The notes under the pieces are model-generated. The model had not been told where the DNA came from, did no database searches, and saw nothing but the letters and a program-made list of their open reading frames with translations. This document shows positions 1 through 14,800 of a DNA stretch of 63,155 nt, in pieces (the first letter of the stretch is position 1; each line of letters opens with the position of its first letter). Where the stretch lies: the NCBI GenBank assembly GCA_000934665.2, contig KZ538612.1, positions 1 through 63,155 on the forward strand. The letters are read 5' to 3'. A program made the position numbers and the translations under genes. The DNA is from Catajapyx aquilonaris (lineage: Eukaryota).

Positions 1-550
1 CAACACCCATTGTTATTGTGCGAAAGCCAGAAGGCAAGATCCGTATGTGCGGAGATTATCGTATCACGGTCAATCCGAACAGCATACCAGACACTTAACA
101 CAGACCTAAGTTTGCCGCAGATTTGCTGGAACACCTCAGCTGGGGAACTGCTGTCACCTGCATCAACAAAGTATCTGGAAGCAATCCATCACTGTCTTGA
201 GCAACCACACTTGACAACAACCAGACTTGTTAAGGACAGCTATCGCAGCTGGCTGCTAAGTGGTACACCACATATGCAGCCATCTACTGGGGCCAGTTTC
301 AGTCACACAGTTAAAATAATCATGGTGCGAGATTTGACATACTAATGTCACAAAGTCAACCCTGCTTACAGTATGTGTGAAGTAATTGTGGTCATTGCTG
401 CTCAGCTGGGGAACTGCTGTCACCTGCATCAACAAAGTATCTGGAAGCAATCCATCACTGTCTTGAGCAACCACACTTGACAACAACCAGACTTGTTAAG
501 GACAATGGCACACAATGGACAAGCGAGGAATTTGAGTCATTTCTGCGGAT
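1..550 (+). mobile_element. Ty3/Gypsy pol relic, internally deleted
   Basis: Frame 3 reads TPIVIVRKPEGKIRMCGDYRITVNP (RT N-terminus); later LVKDNGTQWTSEEFESFL (integrase core). Confidence 0.75.
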
Positions 551-1466
551 CCGATACCGGCCTGATAGACCAGATACCGTACCAGTCTTTTCTGGGCTCG
601 AAATATTAGATGAAAATAAATACTGTAGCACGTTTCTAGCACCTTCTGTGGGACTATGGCCATTTCAATTGCAAAAAAATGACATTTTTCAATTTTCAAG
701 CCTATTAATTATTACCATGTGCCCAAGTTAGGAGATTAAGACCTTACCCAATGTGGTAATACTTTTGACCTTCTTTCCTGATTGGAACATTGATCCAATC
801 ACAAAACTTTGTTGTCATGCGAATGGGCCTATGATGCTTCTAGTATTGTTCCAAGGCATGTATCATTTTCTTTTCCATATATGTACTTTTGTTACTTCGT
901 TTGTCAGTAGCAGTTTTTTGAACATAATTACAATTACCTACTGCAGCAGAAATGGGCACACCCACACCCATAAACTCTTTATTTTTAGACTTTTATCGTT
1001 TCTACAATATTATTTAAAGAATTTATCATTTATTTATAATGTAATGTTATAAAAAACATTTGGCAATTTTTTGTCTCTTTTAGTTCAAAGCCTTTGTAAA
1101 GTCCTCGGTAGTTGATTTTCTTGGGCTCACTTATGACTGATATAATTTTGGGTTGAACGGTACTCTAAAAGGACCATAGTTTAGATCAAAACTTTAAATA
1201 ACATCTGTGGACTGACTTTGTGACAAGCTGATGCTGTCACAAAATCACCCCACAAAACTACTAAATTAATCTAGCACCTTCTTATCTTCTACAAAACAAG
1301 TTCAATCTTGCATCATCTTTATTCACTTCTTAGCCAATGTATTTGCATTTTTAAAAATTTCAGTTTTACTCTTCACACCTGTGCCAGTAGTTACATATTA
1401 GGGAAAGTAATTGGTACCTGTATGCAAACTTGGAATATGACTGCCAACAATGTGCAAAGTGTAGGA

Positions 1467-1678
1467 GGGCATTTCCATGATGCATCCGTCCGTTCGTAAC
1501 ACAAGTTTTGCCTATGTGCACAAGTGTATTTTATTATAACAATGCCAGGATGCATGCACTGCATGCTTAATCCATTTCATACGATGTGTGTGTATTGTTA
1601 CAATAAAATACTCTAGTACATGTCGGCAAAACCTGCGTTACGAATGGACAGTATGTCTGTGTTTAAGTGGAAATGCCC
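1467..1678. mobile_element. Foldback MITE, Harbinger-like termini
   Basis: GGGCATTTCCA...TGGAAATGCCC with imperfect palindromic arms. Confidence 0.55.
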
Positions 1679-1681
1679 AGG

Positions 1682-1939
1682 AGCTATCGCAGCTGGCTGC
1701 TAAGTGGTACACCACATATGCAGCCATCTACTGGGGCCAGTTTCAGTCACACAGTTAAAATAATCATGGTGCGAGATTTGACATACTAATGTCACAAAGT
1801 CAACCCTGCTTACAGTATGTGTGAAGTAATTGTGGTCATTGCTGCTCAGCTGGGGAACTGCTGTCACCTGCATCAACAAAGTATCTGGAAGCAATCCATC
1901 ACTGTCTTGAGCAACCACACTTGACAACAACCAGACTTG
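1682..1939 (+). repeat. Apparently identical direct copy of 238-495
   Basis: Same sequence; the 76-aa minus-strand translation is identical in both places. Confidence 0.9.
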
Positions 1940-4110
1940 CCCCGGCACATACCAGTTGCACTGCCAATGTCTCATGCAGGAGACAATATTGTACGAGTAC
2001 ATTGATTTTTATCCATAGCTCCCAAATGACCAGTGTGTGGAATCACCATCGAATCGAGAGGCTTAAATTATTTTAACATTCTTTAATGGCTTCAACCCTA
2101 CATGTTTCATTTAAATGCTCTTATTTCCCTTGTTAAAACCTGAGTGTGGATGCTTAGCTGTCAACCCCATCATAAATTTAAAAATAAAATAAAAATAACT
2201 AGTACTACACTGAACTTAGTTACCAAAATTTGATATTGTAATAAGAGCTATGAAGGAAATGTAATGCACTTGGTCTCGTACTATAGGTACCGGTAATAAA
2301 TGAAAGATTAGGGGAAAAAGTACAATAGTGTAATATACAGGTAGTTTATAAATGGCCATTTTAAAAATCAGGCATTTAAGTCAATTGGTACATTCAGACC
2401 TAACTTCACCACAACCACAGGGAAAAAATCTAAACAAGGAAGGTAATAAGTGCCTCGTTCACTTGGCATCACAGAGTCGAAAAAATGCTTCCGAAAAGGC
2501 ACCATTGAAAACTGATGAGCAAGAAAATGTTCTCTAGTTTATCTACTGTTGCCTACAAAGCTTCCTGACACAGCACTTGACACTTTTCTATGAGTCATGC
2601 ATATAAATACTGAAGTGTCATGCAATGGTACAACTTTTCATGCTTTTCATTGTTTCAAATGTCCAGTGCTACCACCTCTGCATCACTGACAGTAAATACT
2701 GGACAAGATACTAATCACCACTAGTACAGTAATATGAATGCTGCAAGATTGTCCAAATCAATTTTTGACATACAGTGTCACCAACAGTATGTCAAGGTGA
2801 CAGCAGCAGAAGTCAACACATTTTTCCTGCTGCAAGGTGCTGTTCAACCAGAAGGTACCACTCCCAACTCACCACTATTACAGCTTTTGTGAAATTAACC
2901 ACCTGACTCAAAACAAGAGATTTCAATGGTCATAAGTTTGCTGGGAAGGTGCAAGGGGTCAACATGGAGTAACACCGAGAGGTTCAACATGAAACACTTC
3001 ACACCATATCATGAAGCTGATATTGATGAACAATAACAAACCTATTACAAATCTGATTGGAATATTCATCTAGATCAGGGGTTCTCACTGTGGCCCTCAG
3101 GTGTGCATGAGAGTATGCTATACTACATGATAAAATAGCCCATAATCTCAGTAACAATACTGTGGAGACCTAAGAACCCCCCTGTGTAAAGTGATCCTCT
3201 GGTCAATAGTTCTCCCTAGAAGTTTGTTGGTACAGAAATATTACAGAAAACCCTGTACATAAACAAAAAACCTTTATCTTTTCCATTTCCATACTTGTGC
3301 TGGTTGTCATCCATCCAAGTCATATCAAATATGGCTCAAGTCCTTCTTTTCAGGTGATCCCTAAGGCCTTTCAGTATAGTCAAATAGGTATAATTCCCTT
3401 TATCTTTAAGTGCTTCCGCATAAAATCACAAAAATTCACCCAGATGCTGGATCAAGATGTCATGGCTAATTAACTTAATTTGTTTTTTCCTTGCATCCCA
3501 AGATTCAACTGTGAGCACAGATTTACACAGGTAAAACTGACCTGTTGCATTTTAAAAATCAAGTGATGATTAATTTCAAAACGTGAAGCATTATGTAACA
3601 TCAATCATAATATTCTGCCAAGTTGTCCCAATGTAATCATAAGGAAGCACAAAAGTAGAAAATCATATGATTGTTGGCATAGTCTCAGTTGCAATTGGTA
3701 TTGTCAGCGCCAGGTAAAAAAAAAAAGAAAGCTTAGTTGGGGGGGGGGGGGGGGNGGGGGTGAGTTTTCATTTGAGGTGATGGTAAATAGGATATTTTAC
3801 AATAGGGGCATACAAGAACAAGCTTTTCATTTTTTCAACACATTTGGTTTCAGAAAGGTTTCAAACAATGACAAGAAGTCAAGCGTCTGTTTTAATTTGA
3901 AACATTTCATTGGAAATGACACAATTTGTGTGAGACGGATGATATTAATCAGTTTTGCACTCTGCATTGTATGTTTTATGTTGAATAATTTTTATCAAAA
4001 TCCTCACATTATTAATGCATTACTTCGATTACTTCCCTAACCCCTACTTGGTCTCTGGCCCAATCACCCTGCAGAAATCTGCTGCTGTAATGATTGGGTC
4101 CTTAAACACA

Positions 4111-4368
4111 TAATGGATACCCCGTGATAGGCCCCTTGGGCCTCTTAGGGGATCATCTTTTGAATAACCAATTTTAATCATTTGCCTGTAATGTGATGGA
4201 TTTTGATAGTGGGAGGAAACGGGAGAACCCCGAGAAAACCCACGCGAACACGGAGAGAACCCATCGAAACTCTATCCACATAAGTATCCTCCGTCCGACC
4301 CGGGGATCGAACTCGGGACCTTAGAGGTGGAAGGCTGCGGCGCTAACCACTCGGCCACCGTGTCGCCC
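4111..4368 (-). mobile_element. tRNA-derived SINE with V-SINE-like central domain
   Basis: 17-bp TSD TTGGGTCCTTAAACACA (4094-4110 / 4369-4385); A box TGGCCGAGTGG, B box GTTCGATCC; GTGGGTTTTCTCGGGGTTCTCCCGTTTCCTCCCAC core. Confidence 0.88.
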
Positions 4369-5169
4369 TTGGGTCCTTAAACACAAGTTACCTTCATCCT
4401 TATGGAATTCCCCATTAAAACATGCATGACCAACAGTTGCAGGTTCATTTTCCTAGCTTTTAACATTATTATATTAACATGCATACAAAATTGGCCTGTG
4501 TGTGTTTACAAAACATTGAAAATGGTTAAAATTATATTCTGCATAACTACAAATGCTGTGGGAAAGAGTTCACATGCAAATGTATGTATTTGGCAGTACA
4601 AAAATGAATAATAAAGGGTCCTGTTAATTAGGGGGGTCCCAGGGGCAGAAGGGGTGATGGTGAGTAATGGTCAGGAAAAGAACACCTGTTTCCGCAAAAA
4701 AATCAACCCAATGTATTGAATACATGAAGAATTGAGGAGAAATGATGTTTCAGAATCCCTGACCTAGAATAATTATATAACCAATCATTGCATTTCAATG
4801 ACAATCAAAATTCATAGCATTCTATGCTTTGTATAGTTTTATCTTGACTATATGGTGTTATCCAAAATTGAATTCCTCTCTAGTGTTGATTAACAGTGAC
4901 AATTACAATAGACCTTTTCCTTTTTTTTTTCTCCAAATAGTGACTCCTGCAGTTCTCAAGCTTTGGAAAAAAAAACAACTTCAGATTTAATTGCATGCAA
5001 CTGCAGATATAGGCTAAATTATTTATTTGTCCATAGGTTCATTGCTAGAAATATTATAATTAGAAAAACTGAAAATGCTCCAACATTTCAAACTAACAAA
5101 TTAGTACTAGATCTCATGCTGGACATCAAGATGACCGAAAACGGCATGTAAAAATATTGAGTGACCGCA

Positions 5170-6253
5170 CAGGGTGATTCATATAAAATTATAAATCATT
5201 ACCATTTTCACATCTAAACATGGAATGAAACGCAGAAAACCCATGCACTTACATCATCTTAACTATGAGCATTGTAAATAAAGTGGTAGCATCACTGTCA
5301 GGAAATGCAGTGGTAACTCAAATGTTACTGTTAACACATCAGAGATGCTAGTTTGATTCCTGGTACATGCTAATAGGCTGACAGAGCCCATTCTAACAAG
5401 TGGCCGTGTGTAAAGTTACCATCAAAGTCACTGTTTCAGGTGCTGGTCTAGACTGCTGTAGGTTCACAAAATTAGAGCAATCCTGGATCAGGAGCCAGTT
5501 CTTTTGAGCAATTTCTTGATGTGTGAGAAGTTCTTCAAGCAACAGACTAGACCTTTGTTGACATCAACAAGAAGCACTGTGCTGATAGCTAGTATCCAAT
5601 GTGTGGCTCCCACAAGTTTGGAAAAAAAGTGCAAAAAATGTCAGATTACATTGACAGAATATAATTGTCCAGATCTGGTTAATTAATCAGGTTTACATTT
5701 TGTCCACATATGTTCACAACCCTTGCATATGGAAACTGTTGCGAGAAACATACTAACCTCCTTCCAAGTTATAGTAAATGTTGGAAGGTTCCTCCATATG
5801 CACTCAAACCAATATATTGTGCCCACTGAACTACATTCTGCGATCTCCACTGAAGCATATTATGTCCATCAATGTTGCTGATCCCATTTCTAAGGTGCAA
5901 GTATCTCAGCGATGTAGATACTCTCTTTCCTTGAGGTCTCCCTCATTACAGAATCAGTAGTAGTGGCATCGAAAGGTGACATCTGATGAGCTGGGTGGAC
6001 ACAGTCCTATGAAATCATGCAGAATCATCCTGCTGGATCAACTCAATATCATAATGATGTTACATAAAATCCATAAACATGTGGCTACAATAATTGTGTT
6101 GGATTGCAGATGGTGAACTCTTCCAACATTACCATAACATGAAAGGTTAGTCTAATTCTCCCACGTAATTCAGATACGAGTTTATGGATTTTCTGCATTT
6201 CCTTCCAGATAAACACATGATGAAAATGGTCAAGGTTTATATGAATCACCCTG
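5170..6253. mobile_element. Decayed Tc1/mariner-type element
   Basis: 18-bp TIR CAGGGTGATTCATATAAA / TTTATATGAATCACCCTG, TA on the right side. Confidence 0.7.
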
Positions 6254-6747
6254 TATAATGGGGCCAAATGAAAACACATGCAACAGCAGTGACATGTTAA
6301 TTAGCCAGAGAGCCACAATTGCTTTGGCTCCTTCCCAATCAAACCACCATGTTAACAAAAGCATCCGGTTATTTTACAATAAAACAATTCACGACCATCA
6401 CAGGGAACACCTCCTGGTATAACAGCACAGCAGCAATGGTGCTTGCCCCATTCTTCTGACTATTCTTTCATGACAGATTAAATGTGAAAAAAAACTTCAT
6501 CATAATTCACACTACATGGCTTTGTACATGTGGCTCCTCTTTAGTAGTTGACAATTCAAGTCCAGACTCCCATTGTTGGAGTTCATCAGCATGGTTAACC
6601 ATAAGAAATGCCTCACATGAGCCCTCCATCAGCTGCGGGTCATCTATCATCAGAGTCCAAACTTTTGGGAATATATTATAAATGAACTTAAAGGTAACTT
6701 AAAGGCAGGTAACTTAAAAGTGCCCCTACACAAGTTGGAAAAGATGA

Positions 6748-7074
6748 GGGGAGGCGGAGTGGTGCTGCGGTAACGTATGCGCCTACGGATGTTAAGGTCC
6801 CGGGTTCGATCCCAACCCGGGGACACCCCCTTCATCTCGTGCAGAGTTCAGGGTCACCTCTGGCTTCGTCTTGGGTGGTATTTCCCCAGACTAAACCACC
6901 CGGGGGAGTTCACTAAAAATGGCCACCACGTCAGATGCACTGCACTTGCACATCCCCTCCTGTCATCCTGCCCGTGGGCCCGGGCGCTTCTCAATGGCTC
7001 CAACTTGTACACTATGTACGATCAAATAATAAAGGTCCGTGCCGAACGCCGAAAGGTGAAGCACTACCCCCACA

Positions 7075-7116
<42 letters not shown>
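6748..7116 (+). mobile_element. tRNA(Arg-ACG-like)-derived SINE with (ATT)n tail
   Basis: 16-bp TSD AAGTTGGAAAAGATGA (6732-6747 / 7117-7132); A and B boxes (GGTTCGATCCC); ATT microsatellite tail. Confidence 0.9.
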
Positions 7117-7118
<2 letters not shown>

Positions 7119-8732
7119 GTTGGAAAAGATGACACTACATGTAATCCAATTCCATATAGGCCTGCATAGTGCCCAAGACTGTCAAATTCTAAACTATCCT
7201 CTCCAGGTCACAGAGTCCATGTCAATGAGAAGGGATCCCAATGTAAGATAGACTGAAACTGCCGGGGCTGAGTTGTTAATTATGTTCCTGTTACACCGCC
7301 AAGCAGTTGACGATCAGGGGCAGGCAAGTCATCTCATGTTCATGTTCATAGTATCTAATCTAATCATGCCATAATGAAGGAGATGAAAAGGGCAGCAAAG
7401 CCATCACAGGTCCAAACATGACTTCACAGGCTGGATTGGTAGGCTGAGTTGTTGGCATAACGTTGTTCCTGGTTACACAACCATGACAAACAGGGCAGGA
7501 AAGTCATCTCACATCCTGAGTTCTCTGGTCATGCCACCATACAAGACATGAAGAGGGCAGCAAAGTCATTGTAGGTCCAAACAAGGTTCAGACTTGTCAC
7601 ATGCTGGTTTTGATCGTCCTGGTCATCTCTTATTATGAGTTGTTGAAACAGGATCTCTTACAAGGTCACAGTAGGCCTATTATAGCATATCCAAATATCA
7701 CCACCACAAGTTCTCCTGTTTTCCACCCATTGTCCAAAATCCACAAGCAGTGCAGAAATTTTATAAAATCAAGTTATGCGAGACAAGTTCCCCACTGGCT
7801 GGCCAGAGAGTATCAGATTACTTCAAATACAACTTCTCTTGGTTCCCCTAGTCTCAAGGGCCACTTTGGATCTGGTCATGATAATTTTACATGACCTTGA
7901 AACCTTGTGTGCAGAGAACTAGCTCGGAAATTTGACTTCTTGCGCTACATCAGCCTACAAGACAAACAAGCTGTTCAATACTACTTTGAAGCAGTCAGCC
8001 TAGTATAGTAGTTATTCATTCTGAAGATCCTGCTTTCAATGCTGGTTGGCAATGTTCTCTGCTGGGGTTTTCCCTGGTCACTTCCAGGACAATTCCAGGA
8101 TGGTTTGTGTTTTGCTTCCTGCCATATCCTTGTCCCTTAAATCTGCATCATATTACAAGTGGGCTGCGAACATAATCAAAAAGTCAAGCGGTAGTGATAA
8201 GGCCCCTCTAAGTGCCAGAACAACACCTGATCTTCTGTACGACTCTATCAACTACTTCGGAGCAGTCACACATACAATCCAATGCCAAATGGTGACCCTT
8301 TAAATTAACCCCTATTTACAGCCCAAGTATACCGCACTACATCTTGACACCAGCATGCAATATATAGTCACCCTACAAGAATATTAAGTGTTGTGTAATA
8401 ATTAATTCATCATGAAGCAGCCAGCTGCTCAACATGTGGGGGACAGTGAAAAAAGATGAGTGATCCACTGCTTCAAAAATTTGCACACGCGATCAATGAA
8501 ACAGCATAACCCTGCAGCATCTTTAAAAGTAATTCATAACAAGATGTAATATGCAGGTAAGAAAAAAAGCCATCCCAGTTAAGCTTTCACAGCAAACCCC
8601 ATTACAGTGGCTGCATATAACAAAGAATTATTTCAACTTCTTTTTCTCCTAACAATTTTACAATATTGTGCCCCTTCACCAAGACTCCCTCCTCTAGCTG
8701 CTTCACTCAACCCTTGCATGACTCCAGATCTA

Positions 8733-8870
8733 TCACTCAAATATCAGAGATGCAGCTGCATAGCTGACAGATGAGTCAGTCATGCTGTAACACTGGCTGG
8801 ATTGGGCATATTTCAGAAATTTTAGGCTCATCCCTGGAGCACTGTTGGATTTCTGCAAGTGTTGGATTGC
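8733..8870 (-). CDS. MEMO1: MEMO1 exon 7 (terminal)
   Basis: AIQHLQK...[28 protein letters not shown], then TGA. Confidence 0.93.
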   Translation of the reverse strand, partial: AIQHLQKSNSAPGMSLKFLKYAQSSQCYSMTDSSVSYAAASLIFE

Positions 8871-11800
8871 CTGGAATGAAAGGAACAGTTGCAGTTTTAC
8901 TAACCACAAAATTTAACAGTTATTTGCATATACAGGGTGTTCCAAGTTTGTGGGTCCCTTTTAGTTGTCACTAATATCGCCCAAAGTAGTTACAGTAAAA
9001 CTTCTATAAGTCGAATCTCCATGGGACCGGGAAAAAAACTTCGAGTTATAGAAGCTTCGAGTTAAGGAAGTTTGGAATTTTCTACGCACAGAACTCTATG
9101 AGGAAGGCTACCTTTATATCCAGCGACGAAAGGTGTTCAACACTTAAAAATAACTGTCACTATCACTCTTACAATGTTCCTCGTTGTTTTGTTTAAAAAA
9201 AAATCTCCATTATGGACATTTTGCCTACTCTTAGATTCAAGGATTCAATTGTCACAATTGGGTCAAACACTTCTTTCTGTACATGCGGCCTCCTCTCGAC
9301 CCTTCGGCTTGGAAATGAGAGAATTTTTCGTATTCGCCAACATGAACTTCGACTTAGGGAGACTGAAAATGCATTGATATCCCATGGTAAGGCCCTGCCA
9401 GCACTTCGAGTTATGGAGAACTTCCGAGTTATAGAAATTCGAGTTAGGGAAGTTTATTTCCTATTATTTTACATTGTGACCAACCAAGCTCACGATTTTC
9501 TTCGACTTAGAGAACTTCGATTTAGGGAAGTTCGACTTATAGAAGTTTTACTGTATTTTTGTGTAGCCAGTTGTGCCCCAATCCAGGTGCCCCATTACTA
9601 CCAGTGGTCAAATGTAGCAGTTTGTAAAGAATAGGGAACCTCATTAGGGTCGCAACAAACTACAAAAAATAACAGTTTGGAGCAAAATTTCCTATAACTA
9701 AAAACAACCCACGAACTTGGATAACCCTGTAGGTAGAGCTATGCTTTTAATGATTACATTTTTAAAGTATTTTCAACTTTAGTTACTGTAGGGGAGTAAG
9801 GGCTAACTGACACAGAATGGCAAATTAAGGTTATTTGTACAGGTGGCATTTATGTCAGACCAGCTGTCTTTGCAACATGCTGGAGTGCTATCCTACAAAT
9901 ATGGCAGTACAGTGGAGCATCGATTATCCGAACACCGATCAACCGAACCATCGGTTAACCGAATGTTTTCGAGTCGGCAAAAATTGGCCTTTCCCCGCCT
10001 AAACTGTAGGACTACTTCATGTAAGGACAGTCAGGTATATGTACAGTATTTCTAAGACGTGCCTGTGACAGAAAATATACAGTTTTGTGGTTAATATCAC
10101 TGTTTCTTAGTTTCACATTGCTCCTATGACACATGTACAATTTCCCCCCGTAAATGATCGGTTATCCGAACACCCCCTAGGCAGACTCTGTTCGGATAAT
10201 CGATGCTCCACTGTATGTATACAAAATACACCCCTCTGCATTTTGGGATGGAGGGCTTTTCCCAAGCCTTGCCAACATATTCTACCCATAAATTGTATAA
10301 GTCCTAAGTTGGATATTTGGGCAGTAAATGACATAATGGCATTAATGCTCCAACCCCTTGGAGCAATCCTGGTGTTAAGTCCTATACCAGCTGTTAAAGA
10401 TGCCCAACAAAGATCCAAGCGATATTTCTGGGGGCACCTCTATGGACAGAATATTATTGTGTATGACAAATAATAAATGTGTGGCTGTCAGTTTTGCCAT
10501 GTTTAAAATTATGTTGTGAATTTGCGAATTTTTAATATTTGCTGAAAATTTCCTTCTCTTAAATTTTTTATTGAAATTAATTTTTGCTAAAATCATTTTT
10601 GTTAAAATTGAGGAATGATCAAAGGCAATTTATAAATACAGTTGAGACCAGATATAACAGCCTCGGCTATAACAGACTCGGCTATAACAGACTCGAAAGG
10701 ACGGTTCCGGCAATTTCCATAATTATAGTTTGTGTATTCGGCTATAACAGACGTAGGTTATAAGACTGATTTCCACAGTCCCTTGAAGTCTATTATATCT
10801 GGATTCAATTGTATTACACCCAGTCAACAATGGTGTAAGTCCATGATTCTGTAGGATCATTATGGTGTAAGTCACATATGATTTTTTTATCAATGAATCA
10901 GTTTTTTTGTTACAGTAGCAATACATCTAAAAAAGACTGCCCTGTAACGATTGCGAATCTGACATAATATGGATCCAGACATATGATTTCACTTTTTTCT
11001 ATGACCTTCCAATCTTGCAGGTGAATAATCCCAACTTGAGCTTTTTGTTCTTGGGCCACTGTTGTTCTAAGTGCCTCAATTAGTTAAAGTGTCTGCTTAG
11101 GTTTATACAAGGTGTGGAAATTTAACATGCCAAAACTTTGGGGGATAGTAAAGGGGTTCTAGGCAATCATTTTAAGCATATAGTACTGTAGTATCATGGC
11201 TCTCCACAGCATAGTTGCCCAGATAATGGGTTATTTATCATGTAGTAAACATGTCCTAGGTTTGCACACCAGGGGCACATAAGAAACGTCTTGGCAAGGA
11301 CACTAACTCTGGATCAGCCTCATGACACTCCTCTAATACGGTGGGGTAATTACTGTCTCTTGGCCAGGCTGAAATTTGGCGCTGGCGGCACTACATTGTT
11401 CGCTATACTGCCATCTTGTCAAGGTGCATCTGGTGGTAGGTAGCGGGTGAGTCTGCCACAGTCTGCCGATAGGCTCTATCTTTCTTTGCTTCCACTTACC
11501 ACTTGAGTGCACCTTGACAAGATGGCAGTATAGTGAATGATGTAGCGCCACCAGCGCCAAATTTCAGCCTGGCCGTGACACAGTAATTACCCTACCGTAT
11601 CCATACGGCTATGGGGAAAGTGACAGGGGGCTGCTAATGACCCATCATTCACAGCAGGCACTTCAAGCAGCTGTTGTAGCCAGGCTGATAAGAATGTAAA
11701 ACCCACTTAACTGAGTTTTGTCAGCCTTCACTCCTTTTGCCAGAATAAACCCCTCACGTTAAAGAAAATGTGGCTTCATAACTCACATTGAGCAGAACTC

Positions 11801-14800
11801 CAATTGGATGCCTCCCACAGATAGTGTTTCCATACTTCTTGAGATAGTCTGTGAAGGCCTGTGGGTTGAGCGTCTCTATGATGTCCATCCCAGTCTTGTC
11901 CAGTTTCTGGATGGACTGGAAGATCTCACCACAGCTACGGTCATAGTAGGTGTAGCGGAAGCGCTGTCCCCAGTGGCAAAAGTCAGAGGAGATGACAAAC
12001 AGGTTCGCTGGGTCTTGTAGGTACGTAGACAAGATCTTCCCATATTGGGATTCCTTCTCAGGTACCAGTGATCCCACCAGCAGAGGCACTATGGTGAACG
12101 AGTCTTTGAAACTGCAACAGTGACAGTGAATAGATTGAGAAAGTTGGTATAAGGCCGAGTGCCTCAGGACAGCTGAAAGGTGGCTTTACATGAAGACAGG
12201 CTCTCACATCTGATACAAATACGAGGGTTGATTCAAAAGTCATGGCGCGTATTTTTTTATTCAAAAACGGTAACACATACAGAGATGACCTTTGCTGAGT
12301 TTTGAAGATCCGGCGTTTACAATTTTATCTGGCATATAGATGTCGCCCATATCGCCGGAAAACAAAAGGGGATCGTGACCCCCTCACTGCACCATCGCCC
12401 TAAGACGGCCCAAGCCAAGCGCTTGGAGCTGTTGGATGCTGCATGTGGGACACTCGGAGATGGACAACACTGGAGCTTGCTTTCGAGTGTGGGACAAGTC
12501 AGAGCACTATGACCGGAGCCATGTGTCGTCCATCGCCACAGACAGTTTTAAAAAACCATCGCCCTCAATGCGATAGAGTTCCAAGTGAGGGCAAAATGGC
12601 GGCACTTTCGCACCTCAAAGACATGGCGAGGAACCAGTGAGGATGCCAACTTCCTGAGACCTTTCAGTCTTTCAGAGTCCTAAGCATAGTGCTCTGACTT
12701 GTCCCACACTTGAAAGCAAGCTCCCGTGTTGTCCATCGCCGAGTGTCCAGCATGCAACGTCCAACAGCTCCCAGCGCGTCAGGCTCGGGCCGTCTTAGGG
12801 CGATGGTGCGGTGGGGGGGTCACATTCCTCCTTTGTTTCCCCACCCCCCTCGTGACATGGGCGACATCTATATGCCAGATCAAATTGTAATCGCCGGACC
12901 TTCAAAACTCAGCAAAGGTCATCTCTGCATGTGTTACTGTTTTTGAATAAAAAAATACGCTCCATGACTTTTGAATCAACCCTCATATTAATGAATTGGC
13001 ATGCTTCTACAGATACATCATCATTAGAAAAAAAGATGCAGTTGACTGGTCACAGAAAGACTGAGAATTCCTTGGAATGCTGAGAGGTATTGGTATAAAG
13101 ACAATAGAGTGCCAAAGTCACACCTCAAAAGCAGTTATTATACCTAGGCTCTCCAATTATACCTCATGGCTTTAATTGTTGTTGTTGTTGTTATTATTAT
13201 TGTTATTATTATTATTAAGTGAAACTCACTCTGCCATAACTTTTGCAATGAAGGGCAGATGCATCTCTATGCTGTGCTCATCCTCGTCCACTGCCAGGTT
13301 CATCCATTCGAACTGCCCCGTGGCTTCAAGTTCTGAATAAACTAAATATTGGAATATAGAGAATGTTATTAGATGTCACATAACAACACTTACAGGAGCA
13401 ACTCACTTTGTTTGTCGATGGTGAGGTCATAAAAAGGAGTGCGGTATTTGAGGGCAGTGGACAAGGCACAGCCAGCCAAGCGGACATGATGAGAGGGCCC
13501 CAAGATGAACACTCTCCTCCTATAGGTGAAGATGAATTGCATGATTGATTGGTCAGTTAATAGCAAAAAAGGAACAAAGGCCTTGACGCTTTAGCACCAC
13601 AACAATTAAAACATCAAAAACCACAACAGTGCAGTGTGTACAAATTAGCTCCCCTCACAAAAGCAAAACGTGCCATTTATAGATTTTATGCAGTGTGCGC
13701 AATGCAGGTCAATTGAATGACTTCCACATTCGAGTTAAAATGCATTCTTTCATGTATAAATCTCATTCACATTTTGTTGTTTAACTCTGGCACATTCAGA
13801 GGGACCTCAACCAAAGGGAGGTGCAATCTGTGCCCTTCAGGCTTACCTTGCAAGTCCTTGAGTTTTAAGAGTACGCTTTCTCTTGAAAGAAACATTCCCT
13901 TTGGTATGAGTCTAGTAAAACACCCTGCATAATTCATGTAAAACACAATTTTTCTTTGTCAAGTGAAGATAGCTCCAAAGGTGACAGGGCACATACAGAA
14001 CACAAATTTCATTGTTACCCTCAGATTTCAGCACAAAAGCAACATATCATCATCATTTCATCAATAGAAAAGTGAGAGCAAAAGATGTAAAGGGAGCTGA
14101 CATACTCTGCCATCCTACTGATAAAAGGGATAAATGGCATATGGCCTGCCTGCCTGTCTGTGTCTGTGGACAGGTATCAGACAGACAGAGCTGTTCTATA
14201 ATGCTTTTCGACCTCGCCTACACCGGCATGCCGCAATAAGTGAGGTAATACGGTATCACACGGGTGGCGTAAATACTCATGAACATACCCTTAGGTAACT
14301 CTTCTAGTTTCTATGGTGAAAGAAATTTCAGTCGGGGTTATAGCAGCGAATTTAACCCTAGGACGGTGATGTGCAAGAAGTTCTTCCTCTGGTGACGTGG
14401 GCACTTTTTGTGACCTAGTCACAATTTTTGTTATAACGTGGGAAATATAGCACATGTGGACTTAATCTTTGAAACAATCTTGGGTTAATTCCTTCTGCGA
14501 TAAATGGCATTTGCAGTTGTTCCTGATATCATTAGATCAATTTTTTAAGGGCGCTGGATACCCATGCGATTTTTCAGAATAGCGGGCCAAGTTTGGCCTA
14601 GTCAAGGGTGCAGCGTTCTCTTTGCACCACAGATGCGGGCGTCTCGCTGGAGGTACGGACCTGAAATTTTCACAGCATGGCGAGGAAGGTCCAATTGAGC
14701 CACCGACGGAAGTTTCGATCCATCAGAATAATAATTGCGAGATCTACAAGGGGAGGCGTTTATGAAAAAAGGCTCACGACATCTTGGCTCTGGATTCGAA

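Noticed and set aside
238..1939. Direct repeats as the LTRs of a small retroelement
   Set aside because: No TG...CA ends, PBS, PPT or TSD seen; the repeat overlaps integrase-like relic sequence.
6748..6825. tRNA genes at 4290-4368, 6748, 16071, 39160, 39600 and 43115
   Set aside because: A/B boxes are present but I find no complete cloverleaf; most are followed by SINE bodies, tails and TSDs, so they are SINE heads.
7020..7075. Hammerhead ribozyme in the SINE tail (GCCGAAAGG; CTGACGA in the 38.9 kb copy)
   Set aside because: CUGANGA and GAAA cores do not occur together with the required stems in either copy.
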